Notes under the pieces: model-generated
The model's input: only the letters and a program-made list of their open reading frames with translations
Told to the model about the DNA's origin: nothing
The model's database searches: none
Program-made: the position numbers and the translations under genes
Source: an uncultured Gemmatimonadales bacterium
Lineage (GTDB): Bacteria; Gemmatimonadota; Gemmatimonadetes; Gemmatimonadales; GWC2-71-9
Direction: 5' to 3'
DNA length: 64,000 nt
Assembly: GCA_963739455.1 (NCBI GenBank)
Contig: CAVUAK010000001.1
Coordinates: 1,088,001-1,152,000 of the forward strand
Shown: piece after piece, positions 1-10,265 of the stretch
How the letters are laid out: every line of letters starts with the position of its first letter
How positions within the stretch are numbered: position 1 is the first letter of the stretch

Positions 1-814
1 CTGGTAGCTCGAGTCGGCGATCTGCATGATCGTGTAGTTCTTGAACGGCTTGTCACCGAACGCCTGGATCATCGGCGGCCACATCTTCTGGATGCGGGTC
101 CAGGTCTCGGCGCGTGGCGTGCCCGACAGGCTCCCCGCAGGGTACGTGGCGAGGCGAACCGTGATGCCCTCGACCTGCACGCTGTCGTAGTCGAACCGGC
201 CCACGAAGAACGGCATGTCTACCAGGTCGTGGTAGTTCCCCTCGCGATAGTTGTCCTTCGCACCGCCGGAGGTCATGCCGGTCGCCACGATCCAGTCGCT
301 CTCGGTGTTGATGTGCACCGTGGCGGGAAAGGCAAGCGGCTGCCCCTCGGGGTACATGAAGACGTTGGTGCCATTGAACAGCAGGAACTCGTCGCGGGCC
401 CATGACATCGCGTTGTCCAGCGTGTCGGCCTTGAAGTCGAATGACACCTTCACCGGGCCTGGCCCTGTCGTGCGAATGCGCCAGGTGTCATAGTCGAGCT
501 TGTCCCACTCGAGTGGCTGCCCGCTCGCGCGTCGGGGTGAAGTTCGACACCCACTTGGCGAAGTCGGTGATCTCGTACGCGCCCGGCGTCCAGGCGGGCA
601 GCGAGAGCAGCACCGGGCTGGTGCCGCTTGCATCGAAGGACATCGTCACCGACATCGTCCGCTGCTTCGCGAGATCGCGGTTGAACGTGACGTCATAGGC
701 CACGTTGGCGATCGGGGCGGACCGGAGCGGAGCCGGCGCTGCCGGCGCCTTCTGGGCTGCGAGGAGACCCGTGCTGGCAATGGAGATCAGGAACAGCGAG
801 GACAGGGTACGCAT
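1..814 (-). CDS. M61 family (glycyl aminopeptidase-like) metallopeptidase, 5' part; one frameshift near 520; runs off left edge
   Basis: Signal peptide followed by the LPAWTPGAY N-terminal motif. After a frame change it continues DKLDYDTWRI...FLLFNGTNVFMYP...NYHDLVDMPFFVG, typical of M61. Confidence 0.8.
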
Positions 815-834
815 GACTCCCTCTGGATGAAACG

Positions 835-864
835 AAAGCGGGGGGATCGGCGCGATCCCCCCGC
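835..864 (-). terminator. Intrinsic terminator-like hairpin after the symporter gene
   Basis: Perfect 12-bp stem GCGGGGGGATCG/CGATCCCCCCGC (838-864), followed on the minus strand by TTTCGTTT. Confidence 0.6.
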
Positions 865-906
865 AGTTACCGGACGCCCCCCGACGGGGGCGCCGGGAGC
901 GAAGTT

Positions 907-2187
907 TCAGGCCGCGATGGCCGCGGCCTGACCAATGGGTGCTCCCTCCGGGATCTGGAGGTCTCCCTCGACGCGGGCCATCACCGCCGAGGCCAGGCAG
1001 TTGCCCAGCAGGTTGACGGAGGTGCGCGCCATGTCCATCAGGGCGTCGACACCGAGGATCACTGCAACGCCCTCGAGCGGCAGCCCGAACGTGGTCAGGG
1101 TGCCCGAGAGGATGACGAGCGACGCGCGCGGCACCGCCGCAACGCCCTTACTGGTGAGCATGAGCGTCAGCATCATGATGAGCTGCTGGCCGATCGTCAG
1201 CTCCACGCCGGCGGCCTGGGCCACGAACACCGACGCCACCGCGAGGTAGAGCGTCGAGCCGTCGAGGTTGAACGAGTAGCCAGTGGGCAGCACGAAGGCG
1301 ATGATGCGACGCGGCACCCCGAACTTCTCCATGTTCTCGAAGGCGAGCGGCAGCGCGGCCTCGGACGACGCGGTGGAGAATGCGATGAGCCACGGTTCCT
1401 TCACCCAGTACCAGAAGCGCCGGAGCGGTATGCGCGCGAGCAGGGCGATTGGAACCAGCACCAGCAGGATGAAGGCGACGAGTGCCACGTAGAGCGTGCC
1501 CACCAGGCTGAACAGGTTCCGGAGTACCCCGATACCGCTGTGTCCCACCGTCACCGCCACGGCGGCACCTATGCCGATCGGCGCGAACAGCATCACCAGG
1601 CCGGTGAACTTGAACATCACGTCGGCGAGTCCCTCGAAGAACCCCAGCACGATCTCCTTGGAGCGGCCAGGCTTCACCTGCGCCAGGGCGATGGCGAAGA
1701 GCACCGCGAACACGACCACCTGGAGCACTTCGTTCCGCGCCGCCGCGTCGAAGAAGCTCGCCGGGAACGTGTGCTCCAGCACGCCGGACAGCGTCGCCTG
1801 GTTGCTGGCGAACTGCTTGCCCTGCTCCGCCGTTGCGGCGGAGAGGTCCACGCCGTCGCCGGGACGGAAGAAATTGACTGCCAGCAGGCCGAAGGCGAGC
1901 GCGAGCGTGGTGACGAGCTCGAAGTAGATGAGCGAGCGGAGCGCAAGGCGCCCCACGCGCTTCAGGTCGTCTCCATGGCCGGCGATACCGATGACCAGGC
2001 TCGAGAACACGAGTGGTACCACGATCGACTTGATGAGGCGCAGGAAGATCGTCGAGAGCGGCTGCAGCTTCGCCGCCACGTCGGTACCGGTCCAGAGCGC
2101 GTTGTCCGCCCACCCGATGAAGATGCCGACCACCATGGCAATGATGATCCACCAGGTGAGCGAGATGCCGCGCAGGAAGCGCCACAT
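907..2187 (-). CDS. Dicarboxylate/amino acid:cation symporter (GltP/DctA family)
   Basis: Multiple TM segments; FSTASSEAALP, PTGYSFNLDGS and DMARTSVN motifs. Confidence 0.93.
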   Translation of the reverse strand: MWRFLRGISLTWWIIIAMVVGIFIGWADNALWTGTDVAAKLQPLSTIFLRLIKSIVVPLVFSSLVIGIAGHGDDLKRVGRLALRSLIYFELVTTLALAFGLLAVNFFRPGDGVDLSAATAEQGKQFASNQATLSGVLEHTFPASFFDAAARNEVLQVVVFAVLFAIALAQVKPGRSKEIVLGFFEGLADVMFKFTGLVMLFAPIGIGAAVAVTVGHSGIGVLRNLFSLVGTLYVALVAFILLVLVPIALLARIPLRRFWYWVKEPWLIAFSTASSEAALPLAFENMEKFGVPRRIIAFVLPTGYSFNLDGSTLYLAVASVFVAQAAGVELTIGQQLIMMLTLMLTSKGVAAVPRASLVILSGTLTTFGLPLEGVAVILGVDALMDMARTSVNLLGNCLASAVMARVEGDLQIPEGAPIGQAAAIAA

Positions 2188-2189
2188 TT

Positions 2190-3335
2190 TCAGTGCGCCG
2201 CCAGCGCGCCGGCCTTGGCCTCGATGCCGGCGAGCAGCGAGCGGTACGACGCGGCGAACTTCGCGACGCCGTCGGCCTCGAGGTCACTCGTGATTGTACC
2301 CAGGTCGATGCCGAGCTCGGCGAGCGCCTGCAGCCGCCGCGGGGCCTGTGCCACGTGGTCGTCGAGGTGGAGGCAGAGCTGGCCATGCTCACGGAATGCC
2401 GCAAAGGTCTCGGGTGGCAGCGTGTTCACGGTGCGCGGCCCGATGAGCGCCTCGACGTAGTACACGTCGGCGAGGCGGGGGTCCTTGGTGCTGGTCGAGG
2501 CCCAGAGCGGCCGCTGCGGATAGGCTCCCCGGGCCGAAAGCTGGTGCCAGCGCGGCAGGTGCAGCGACTGGCGGAAGCGCTCATATGCTGCGGCAGCGTT
2601 GGCAATGGCGATGCTGCCGCGCAGCTGGCCCGCAAAGTGGTGGCCGCTGTTGCAGGCGCGCTCGAGCAGTGGGTCGACCTTGCCATCGAGCCGGCTGACG
2701 AAGAAGCTCGCGACGCTGCACGGCGCGCGCTGCGTGCTCGCCTTGGGCGATTGAAAAAACGCCTCCATTCCGGTCATGAAGGCGTCGATCACTTCGATGT
2801 ATCGGCTGACCGAGAAGAGCAGCGTCACATTGACGTTGATCCCGGCCGCCAGGCACCGGGCGATGGCGGGGAGGCCTTCGCGTGTGCCCGGGATCTTGAT
2901 CATGACGTTGGGCCGGTTCACCGCGGCCCAGAGCCGCTCTGCCTCGCGCACGGTGCCATCGGTGTCATGGGCCAGCGTCGGCGATACCTCGAGCGAGACG
3001 GTGCCATCGCCGTTCGGTTCCTGCTCGAACACCTTGGCAAAGACGTCGCAGGCAGCCTGCACGTCGGCCACGGCCAGCGCCTCGAAGATCTCCGCCGGAC
3101 CCTTGCCCTGGTCGGCGAGCTGCTGGATGTCGCCGTCGTACAGCGTGCTCGTTGCCACCGCCTTCTCGAAGATTGTCGGGTTCGACGTCATCCCCTTGAG
3201 GCCGTCCTCGTGGATCAGTCGCGCCAGCTCACCCGAGCGCACGAGGTCGCGGGTGATGAAGTCGTACCAGGGACTCTGCCCCAGGCGGCTCAGGGCCACG
3301 AGCGGATTCGCGGTCGCGGATGGATTGTCGCTCAT
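2190..3335 (-). CDS. tal: Transaldolase
   Basis: [40 protein letters not shown] and [11 protein letters not shown] motifs; ATGA overlap with tkt. Confidence 0.95.
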   Translation of the reverse strand: MSDNPSATANPLVALSRLGQSPWYDFITRDLVRSGELARLIHEDGLKGMTSNPTIFEKAVATSTLYDGDIQQLADQGKGPAEIFEALAVADVQAACDVFAKVFEQEPNGDGTVSLEVSPTLAHDTDGTVREAERLWAAVNRPNVMIKIPGTREGLPAIARCLAAGINVNVTLLFSVSRYIEVIDAFMTGMEAFFQSPKASTQRAPCSVASFFVSRLDGKVDPLLERACNSGHHFAGQLRGSIAIANAAAAYERFRQSLHLPRWHQLSARGAYPQRPLWASTSTKDPRLADVYYVEALIGPRTVNTLPPETFAAFREHGQLCLHLDDHVAQAPRRLQALAELGIDLGTITSDLEADGVAKFAASYRSLLAGIEAKAGALAAH

Positions 3336-5374
3336 GCATCGCTCCGGGTGAGGAGGACCTTGACGGCGGCGGCAGCGGCGGCGGGCGTAAGCCCGAATTC
3401 GGTGAAGAGGCGTTCGGCTGGCGCCGACGCGCCGAAGGTGCGCATGGCCAGGATGGTGCCCCGGTCACCCACCCATCGCTCCCAGCCGAACGGGCTGGCG
3501 GCCTCGATCGCGACGCGCGCGCCGATGCCCGGTGGAAGGACCTCATTGCGATACTGCAGTGGCTGCGCGGCGAACAGTTCCCACGATGGCATCGACACGA
3601 CGCGCGTCGGCAGGCCGTCCTGCTCGAGCTGCCCGGCCGCACTCATCGCAACGCCCACCTCGGAGCCGGTGGCCAGCAGGATGGCGCGCGGTGCCGTGGC
3701 CGGCTCGTGCGCCACGTACGCACCCCGTCCCACCTCGGCCGCGGTGGCGAGTCGTGGCAGCACCGGAACCTTCTGGCGTGTCAGCACGATCGCGGTGGGG
3801 CCGTCCTTCCGCTCGAGCGCAATTTTCCAGGACGCCACGGTCTCGTTGGCATCGGCGGGCCGGAGCGTCACCAGGCCAGGTATGGAGCGCAGCATCGGCA
3901 GCTGGTCGATCGGCTGGTGTGTCGGCCCGTCCTCGCCCACGCCGATCGAGTCGTGCGTGCCGATGTAGATGACGGGAAGCCCCATCAACGCCGAAAGGCG
4001 GATGGAAGGCTTCATGTAGTCGAAGAAGACGAGGAAGGTGCTGCCAAAGGGCCGGATGCCGCCATGCGCCGCCAGGCCGTTCATGCAGGCACCCATCGCG
4101 TGCTCGCGCACGCCCCAGTGCACCGCGCGACCTGCGACGCCGGGCCCGAAGGCGCCGCCCACCTTCTGTCCCACCCCAGTACTGCCTGCCAGGTCGGCCG
4201 ACCCGCCGACCAGGTTGCCAACATGGGGCAGGATTGCCTGCAGCGCGGCCGCACTCGCCTTCCGGGTTTCGACTCCACCCTTGTCCGCGGGGAAGGTTGG
4301 CAGGTCCCGGTCCCAGCCTGCGGGCAGGTCCCCCTGCTGTTCCCTGGAATAGTCGGCGGCCAGGTCGGCGTGCGCGCTGCTGAAGCGATCGAACACCGCC
4401 TGCCAGCTGGCCTGCGCGCCCGCGCCATGTACCCGACAGCGTCCCATGTCGGCATATGCGGCGTCGGGGACTTCAAACTTCTTGTCCCCATCCCAGCCAA
4501 GGATCGTCTTGGTGCGCCGCACTTCGTCGGCGCCGAGCGGCGCGCCATGGGCCTCACTGGTATTCCGCTTGGTCGGCGCCGGGTCAGCGATGATCGTGCG
4601 GAGCACGATCAGCGTGGGCCGGTCCTCCTCGCTACGTGCCGCGGCGAGCGCGGTGTCGATGGCCTCGAGGTCGTTGCCATCGGCCACGTGCAGTACGCGC
4701 CAGCCGTAGCCCTCGAAGCGCCGGCTCGCGTCTTCCGAGAAGCTCAGGCCGGTGGTGCCGTCGATGGTGATGCGGTTGTCATCGTAGATCATCGCGAGCT
4801 TGCCCAGCTTGAGGTGCCCGGCAAGGCTCGCCGCTTCGCTGGCGACGCCCTCCATCAGGTCCCCGTCACTGACGAGCGCCCAGGTGCGATGATCCACGAT
4901 CGTCGCATCAGGCTGGTTGAACCGTGCCGCCAGGAACCGCTCTGCCATCGCCATGCCGACCGCGTTGCCGACGCCCTGGCCCAGGGGCCCGGTGGTGACC
5001 TCGACCCCGGGGGTGTGCCCGCGCTCGGGATGCCCCGGCGTCCGGGAGTGCCACTGCCTGAAATTGCGGATTTCGTCCAGGGGGAGGTCGTACCCGCTGA
5101 GATGGAGCAGGCTGTACAACAGCATTGAGGCATGGCCGCAGGACAGGACGAACCGGTCGCGGTCCGCCCATGACGGGTCGGCGGGATTGTGCCGGAGGTG
5201 CCGGGTCCAGAGCAGGTAGGCTGCGGGCGCCAGGGCCATCGGGGTGCCCGGGTGGCCGGAATTGGCCTGCTCGACCGCATCCATGGCCAGTACCCGGATG
5301 CTGTTGATGCTGACCCACGGGTCGGCGGTCAGGCTGGCCGACGCGCGCGGCGCGGCGGGGCGGGTGGCTTCCAC
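3332..5374 (-). CDS. tkt: Transketolase
   Basis: [30 protein letters not shown] and [16 protein letters not shown] motifs. Confidence 0.97.
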   Translation of the reverse strand: MEATRPAAPRASASLTADPWVSINSIRVLAMDAVEQANSGHPGTPMALAPAAYLLWTRHLRHNPADPSWADRDRFVLSCGHASMLLYSLLHLSGYDLPLDEIRNFRQWHSRTPGHPERGHTPGVEVTTGPLGQGVGNAVGMAMAERFLAARFNQPDATIVDHRTWALVSDGDLMEGVASEAASLAGHLKLGKLAMIYDDNRITIDGTTGLSFSEDASRRFEGYGWRVLHVADGNDLEAIDTALAAARSEEDRPTLIVLRTIIADPAPTKRNTSEAHGAPLGADEVRRTKTILGWDGDKKFEVPDAAYADMGRCRVHGAGAQASWQAVFDRFSSAHADLAADYSREQQGDLPAGWDRDLPTFPADKGGVETRKASAAALQAILPHVGNLVGGSADLAGSTGVGQKVGGAFGPGVAGRAVHWGVREHAMGACMNGLAAHGGIRPFGSTFLVFFDYMKPSIRLSALMGLPVIYIGTHDSIGVGEDGPTHQPIDQLPMLRSIPGLVTLRPADANETVASWKIALERKDGPTAIVLTRQKVPVLPRLATAAEVGRGAYVAHEPATAPRAILLATGSEVGVAMSAAGQLEQDGLPTRVVSMPSWELFAAQPLQYRNEVLPPGIGARVAIEAASPFGWERWVGDRGTILAMRTFGASAPAERLFTEFGLTPAAAAAAVKVLLTRSDA

Positions 5375-5503
5375 CGGCAGGGCGTGCTCCTTTCAAGGGG
5401 GCGGTGACGTGGGGCGACGGCGGGTCGCGGCCGAAAAGATAACCGCCGGGGAATCATTTCGGAGGCGCGGCGCCCCTCGCTGCGGTGGTATCCTTAGGGC
5501 CTC

Positions 5504-7062
5504 ATGACTGACGTCGCAATCCCTCCTGCGCCCGCGGGAACCGCTGGTGCCGCCCCCGGCGCTTCGTCCGGATCCGGACGCCCTCGTACCGCCGTGGTGG
5601 TCGGGGCTGGCATCGGGGGTCTCGCCTCCGCGGTGCGCCTGGCGCATGCCGGCTGGGACGTCACCGTACTGGAGCAGCATGACCAGCCGGGCGGCCGGGC
5701 CGGTCGCTGGGAATCGGAAGGCTTCACCTTCGATACCGGTCCGTCCCTGGTCATGATGATCGAGTACTGGCAGAAGCTCTTCAGCGACGTCGGCCGGCGC
5801 CTCGAGGACTACCTCACGCTGGTCCAGATTGACCCCTGCTACCGCATTCACTTTCCCGACGGGACGAGTCACGACCGCAGCAGCGTCCTGAATCGCCTGA
5901 TCGAGGGGTGCGAGGCCATCGAACCGGGCTGTGGGCCCAACCTGCTCGCGTATCTCACGCGTACCAGCAAGATGTACCGCGACGGGCTCGGGTTCATCGG
6001 GCGGAACATGCACCGGCCCACGGCAATGGCCGACCTTTCCAATCTCGGGATCGTCACCAGCGGTGCCCTGGGCGACCTGCAGAAAATGGTCGGCAAGTAC
6101 TTCAAGGATGAGCGGATGCAGCAGTCGCTCAGCTTCCAGACGCTCTATCTCGGCCTCTCGCCCTACGAGTCGCTCGCCATCTACTCGCTGCTGCCCTACG
6201 TGGAGATCGCTGGCGGCATCTTCTATCCGATGGGCGGCATGTTCCAGCTGGCGCTCGCGCTGGAGCGACTGGCGCGGCGAGCTGGGCGTGAAGTTCCGCT
6301 TCGGCGCCCGGGTCCAGCGCTTCGAGACGGCGGGCACCCAGGTGCGCGCGGCGCTCCTGGCCGACGGCTCGCGCGTCACCGCCGACATCGTGGTGGCCAA
6401 TGCCGACCTGCCGTACACGTACGATGAATTGCTGCAGGCGCCGTATCCCGGGATCGAGAAGAAACGCTTCAGCTGCTCAGTGGTACTCCTGTACCTCGGC
6501 ACCGATCGGACGTGGCCCCACCTGCAGCACCACAACTTCGTGGTCGGCCGGGACATGCGGACGGGTTGCGATGACCTCTTCAAGCGCCATCGCATGCCCG
6601 AGGATCCACCGTTCTACGTCGTGGCGACGTCGCGGACCGACCCGAGCCAGGCACCGCCGGGCGGGGAGAGCCTCTTCGTGCTGGTGCTGGCGCCGAGCCA
6701 GCCGGAGGACCGGTCGCAGTGGGTGGACTGGAGTGTGGAGGGGCCGCGGGTCGAGCAGCAGACACTCGACCGGATGGAAACGACGCTGGGCATGACCGGC
6801 CTGCGTGACCACATCGTCACCCGGCGGCTGGTGACTCCGGAGGATTTCCGCGTGAACTACGGGAACAAGCGTGGGGAAGCGTTCGGGCTTTCGCACAATT
6901 TCATGCAGATCGGCTACTTCCGTCCCGCACAACCGGCACGCCACCCTGAAGAACCTCTATTTCGTGGGCCAGAGCACGCACCCCGGGTGTGGCCTGCCAA
7001 TGGTGCTGATCTCCGCCGAGTGCGTGGTTGAGCGAATCCGCGAAGAGGTGACGGGCGCATGA
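5504..7062 (+). CDS. crtI: Phytoene desaturase (CrtI family); frameshifts near 6280 and 6925
   Basis: VVGAGIGGL Rossmann motif, GFTFDTGPSL, YPMGG and C-terminal NLYFVGQSTHPGCGLPMVLISA across three frames; ATGA overlap with crtB. Confidence 0.9.
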
Positions 7063-7958
7063 CCGCGTCGCTGCAGCTGAGCTATCGGCGCGCAGAGCAT
7101 GTCACGGCCGACTGGGCCAAGAGCTTCTATTTCGCGAGCCGGTTCCTGCCGGTGGAAAAGAAGCGCGCCATTTACGCGCTGTACGACTACTGCCGGCACG
7201 CGGACAACCTCGTCGATGCGCGCGGCGACCGGCCGGTCGATGTGGTGCGGCGCGACCTGGCAGCGCTCGCCCGGGAGGTCACGGCAATTCACGGCGGGGC
7301 TGCGCCCAGTTGCGAGCGCTGGATGGCGCTCGCCGATACGCTGGGGCGATATGCAGTGCCGCTCGAACCGTTGCTCGAGTTGCTCGATGGCGTGGCGATG
7401 GATCTCGAGCCGGTCGCCATCCAGGACTTCGCCCAGCTCAACCGGTACTGCTGCTATGTGGCGGGCGGCGTCGGGCTCATGCTGGGTCCCGTGCTCGGCG
7501 CGGCCCCTGACAGCTTCCGCGAGTCGGGCGTGCGACTCGGCATCGCCATGCAACTCACCAACGTGCTGCGCGATGTCGGCGAAGATCTCGACAATGACCG
7601 GGTGTACCTGCCGGCCGATGAGCTGGCCCGCTTCGGGTTGTCGCGCGCCGCGCTCGAGGAGCGCCGGGTCACGCCCGACTTCCGCCGGTTCATGCAGTGG
7701 CAGGTGGCGCGGGTGCGTCGCACCTTCGAGGATGGCGGGCGTGTGGTGCCGCTCTTCCCCAACGACGGAAGCCGGCTCACCGTGCGGCTGCTGCAGCGCA
7801 CGTACGCGGGCATCCTGGATGCCATCGAGCGGATCGACTACGACGTGTTCCGCGCGCGGGCGTACGTGTCGACCCCGCGCAAGCTCATGGTGCTGGGGCG
7901 GGCGATGTGGTCCGAGCGGCCGTGGACGATCTCGCCGGCTTCCGGGCATCCGGTGTGA
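7059..7958 (+). CDS. crtB: Phytoene synthase
   Basis: AKSFYFASRFL, YCRHADNLVD, YCCYVAGGVG and LGIAMQLTNVLRDVGED..RVYLP motifs. Confidence 0.93.
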   Translation: MTASLQLSYRRAEHVTADWAKSFYFASRFLPVEKKRAIYALYDYCRHADNLVDARGDRPVDVVRRDLAALAREVTAIHGGAAPSCERWMALADTLGRYAVPLEPLLELLDGVAMDLEPVAIQDFAQLNRYCCYVAGGVGLMLGPVLGAAPDSFRESGVRLGIAMQLTNVLRDVGEDLDNDRVYLPADELARFGLSRAALEERRVTPDFRRFMQWQVARVRRTFEDGGRVVPLFPNDGSRLTVRLLQRTYAGILDAIERIDYDVFRARAYVSTPRKLMVLGRAMWSERPWTISPASGHPV

Positions 7959-8734
7959 GTCGCGCGGCGCGGGTGCCGGCGACATACCAGGCGCCCAGGC
8001 CCGTTGCGGTCTGGGCGTTTGCGCGATACTTCCGCGGGTTGTTCCGCCGGCACTTCGCGTCGGTGCGATGGGCCGCGATCGACGCTCCGGCGGGGTGGGA
8101 CCGGTCGGTGCCGGTGCTCTTCGTCTCGAATCACACCAACTGGTGGGACGGGTTCTTCTCCTTCGTCCTGACCCAGGAGTTCGGGCTCACCTTCCACATC
8201 CTCATGGAAGCGGTGAACCTCGATCGCTATCCCGCCTTCAGGCGCATCGGCACGCTGCCATTGCGTCGTGACAGCCGGATGGGCGCCTGGGACGACCTGC
8301 ACGCGGCGGGACGCGTGTTGCGTCCTGGCGCCGCGCTCTGGATCTATCCCCAGGGACAGCGTCGCCCGGCGGGCGAGCAACTGACCCGGCTCGAACGGGG
8401 CGCCGCGCATCTCGCAGTGCGCCACGCGGGAGCCCTCCGCATCTGCCCCGTGGCGTTTCGATATCCCTTCATGAGCGAGCAGCTGCCTGAGGCCGTCGCG
8501 CTGGTGGGGCGCTCCTGGCTGCACGAAGGCAGCGATGATCGCAAGGCACTGACGGAACGAATTGGCTCGGCGATAGGAGACACGGTGGCGTCACTCGATA
8601 CCCGGCTGTCGACGGAAGCCCTGGAGGGCTTTCGCGTGCTCGTTCCCGGCAAGCTCTCGGTGAACAAGCGCATGGATCGCGTTCGCCACCGGCTGGGCCT
8701 GCTGCGAGGACCCTTCGAGGCGCGCAATGGATAG
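7955..8734 (+). CDS. Lysophospholipid acyltransferase (PlsC-like) family protein
   Basis: GTG start overlapping the crtB stop; NHTNWWD (HX4D) and IYPQG motifs. Confidence 0.85.
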   Translation: MSRAARVPATYQAPRPVAVWAFARYFRGLFRRHFASVRWAAIDAPAGWDRSVPVLFVSNHTNWWDGFFSFVLTQEFGLTFHILMEAVNLDRYPAFRRIGTLPLRRDSRMGAWDDLHAAGRVLRPGAALWIYPQGQRRPAGEQLTRLERGAAHLAVRHAGALRICPVAFRYPFMSEQLPEAVALVGRSWLHEGSDDRKALTERIGSAIGDTVASLDTRLSTEALEGFRVLVPGKLSVNKRMDRVRHRLGLLRGPFEARNG

Positions 8735-9176
8735 CTACCAGCTCTGGAAGGCACTTCACGTCACGTCGGCGGTGCTGATTGTCGGCAACGTCACGGTCAC
8801 GGGCTTCTGGGCGTACTACCTGTACCGCCAGCGCCGCGAGGTGGGATTCCGCGCAATTGCGCGCGGCATCATGTGGAGCGACATCATCTTCACGCTGGTG
8901 GGTGGGGCGGGCCTGACATTCACCGGCATCATGATGGTGCGCGCCCAGCAGATGTCCATCCTGGATACACCATGGCTGCGTCGCGGCGTCGTCATGCTGG
9001 CGATCAGCACTTTCGTGTGGCTCGTATCACTGCTGCCGGACCAGCTGCGGATGGAGCGGCTAGATCAGTCGGATGATCGCGGCATGCGACGGCTCTTCAC
9101 GCGCTGGAGCATCTTCGGGTGGGCCTCGACCGTCCTCCTGTTCATCGGCTTGTGGTCGATGGTGATGAAGCGGTAA
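8727..9176 (+). CDS. Four-TM membrane protein, DUF2269-like
   Basis: KALHVTSAVLIVGN N-terminus, four hydrophobic segments and MVMK C-terminus. Confidence 0.7.
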   Translation: MDSYQLWKALHVTSAVLIVGNVTVTGFWAYYLYRQRREVGFRAIARGIMWSDIIFTLVGGAGLTFTGIMMVRAQQMSILDTPWLRRGVVMLAISTFVWLVSLLPDQLRMERLDQSDDRGMRRLFTRWSIFGWASTVLLFIGLWSMVMKR

Positions 9177-9691
9177 CCCGCGGACGGGCCGCTTGCGCGG
9201 ATGATCCGCGTGCGGGGATCGTCGTCGTTACTGTCATCCGGGCTGTCCGCCGACGTCGCATTCCAGATATCCACCATCAGGTGCCAGCCGTCATCGCCCA
9301 GCGCAAAGCACATGACGTACTTGCCCGAATCGGCGGCGGTATCGTCCGTCGGTGCCACATGGTACGTCCCCACGACGTAGCCGTCCCGCTCCCGCGCCAC
9401 CACCCGGACGGTGTCCAGCGTCAGGCCGCGCTCGAGGCCATCCTGCCAGAACTCCATGATGGAATCGCGTCCGGCGACGATCCCCCCGTCCGGCGGAAGG
9501 AGGAGCGCTTCCTTGCCGTAGAGGGCGGCGAGCTCGTGCGCGTCGCCCTGGTTCGACGCCTCCTCATAGACCTTCACCAGTTCAGCCAATTCCCGGCGTG
9601 CACTCGCGACGTCGCGACCGCCCCCCGGCTGGGTACAGGCGTTCACGGCAACTATCGCAAGAAGCACCGTGGGGAAGCGTAAGACTGTCAT
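9065..9691 (-). CDS. NTF2/SnoaL-like (DUF4440) putative lipoprotein
   Basis: Signal with VNAC lipobox-like end, LYGKEALLLPP..GRDSI and GKYV...W..D.W pattern. The 3' end is uncertain because it overlaps the convergent gene by about 110 bp. Confidence 0.7.
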   Translation of the reverse strand: MTVLRFPTVLLAIVAVNACTQPGGGRDVASARRELAELVKVYEEASNQGDAHELAALYGKEALLLPPDGGIVAGRDSIMEFWQDGLERGLTLDTVRVVARERDGYVVGTYHVAPTDDTAADSGKYVMCFALGDDGWHLMVDIWNATSADSPDDSNDDDPRTRIIRASGPSAGYRFITIDHKPMNRRTVEAHPKMLQRVKSRRMPRSSD

Positions 9692-9793
9692 TCTGGCTGC
9701 TCTCTGGGTAGCTTCATTGACGTAGGAGTGGCAGGGCCATTGGGGCGCTGCCCGAAAGAAATGCAAGAACAACCAGTAGCATCAAAGGAATCT

Positions 9794-10186
9794 GTGGCTC
9801 GTCGTCCTCGCCGGCGCTCATCTGCCGGAACTGCCCCCGTGTTTCACCGCTCGGCCGGGCGCAGCATGCAATCGCATCGTGAGTGGCTTCTCTCGCAGCA
9901 CGGTTCGGTGTGCGCTTATTGCGGCATCGAAACCCCGCCCGAACTCATCACCCTGGATCACGTGCGCCCACGGCGCGGTCAGACGGCATACGACCGTCCG
10001 GACAATCTGGTCCTCGCCTGCCGCGAGTGCAACGCGGCGAAGGCCGATACGCCATTCATGGCGTTCCTCCTGGCCAAGCGAAGCCGCGGCGTGTTCCTGC
10101 TGCACTATGGTGATCACCTCTCCGAGCCGCTCAAGGATATCGCCCGCCAGGCGTCCGAGCGGCCAATCCTGGAGAAGGAACGGTAG
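9794..10186 (+). CDS. HNH endonuclease (Zn-binding, stand-alone)
   Basis: CAYC...TLDHVRP...NLVLACRECNAAK; AAGGA RBS before the GTG at 9794. Confidence 0.85.
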   Translation: MARRPRRRSSAGTAPVFHRSAGRSMQSHREWLLSQHGSVCAYCGIETPPELITLDHVRPRRGQTAYDRPDNLVLACRECNAAKADTPFMAFLLAKRSRGVFLLHYGDHLSEPLKDIARQASERPILEKER

Positions 10187-10214
10187 GCCAGGCAGGACGC
10201 CAGCCTCCGGAATG

Positions 10215-10245
10215 CAAAGGGCGATCCCGACGGGATCGCCCTTTG
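10215..10245. terminator. Bidirectional terminator-like palindrome between convergent HNH and kgd
   Basis: CAAAGGGCGATCCCG-A-CGGGATCGCCCTTTG perfect inverted repeat. Confidence 0.7.
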
Positions 10246-10265
10246 TCGTGCCGGGCCGGGGTCCG

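Noticed and set aside
2190..5374. tal-tkt and pfk as evidence for RuMP formaldehyde assimilation
   Set aside because: No hps/phi genes are in the window. These are universal housekeeping genes, and tal-tkt lie more than 40 kb from the xox island.
9700..10245. HNH gene as an IscB/OMEGA or mobile element
   Set aside because: About 130 aa, with no PLMP or RuvC motifs, no room for an omega RNA and no IS ends.
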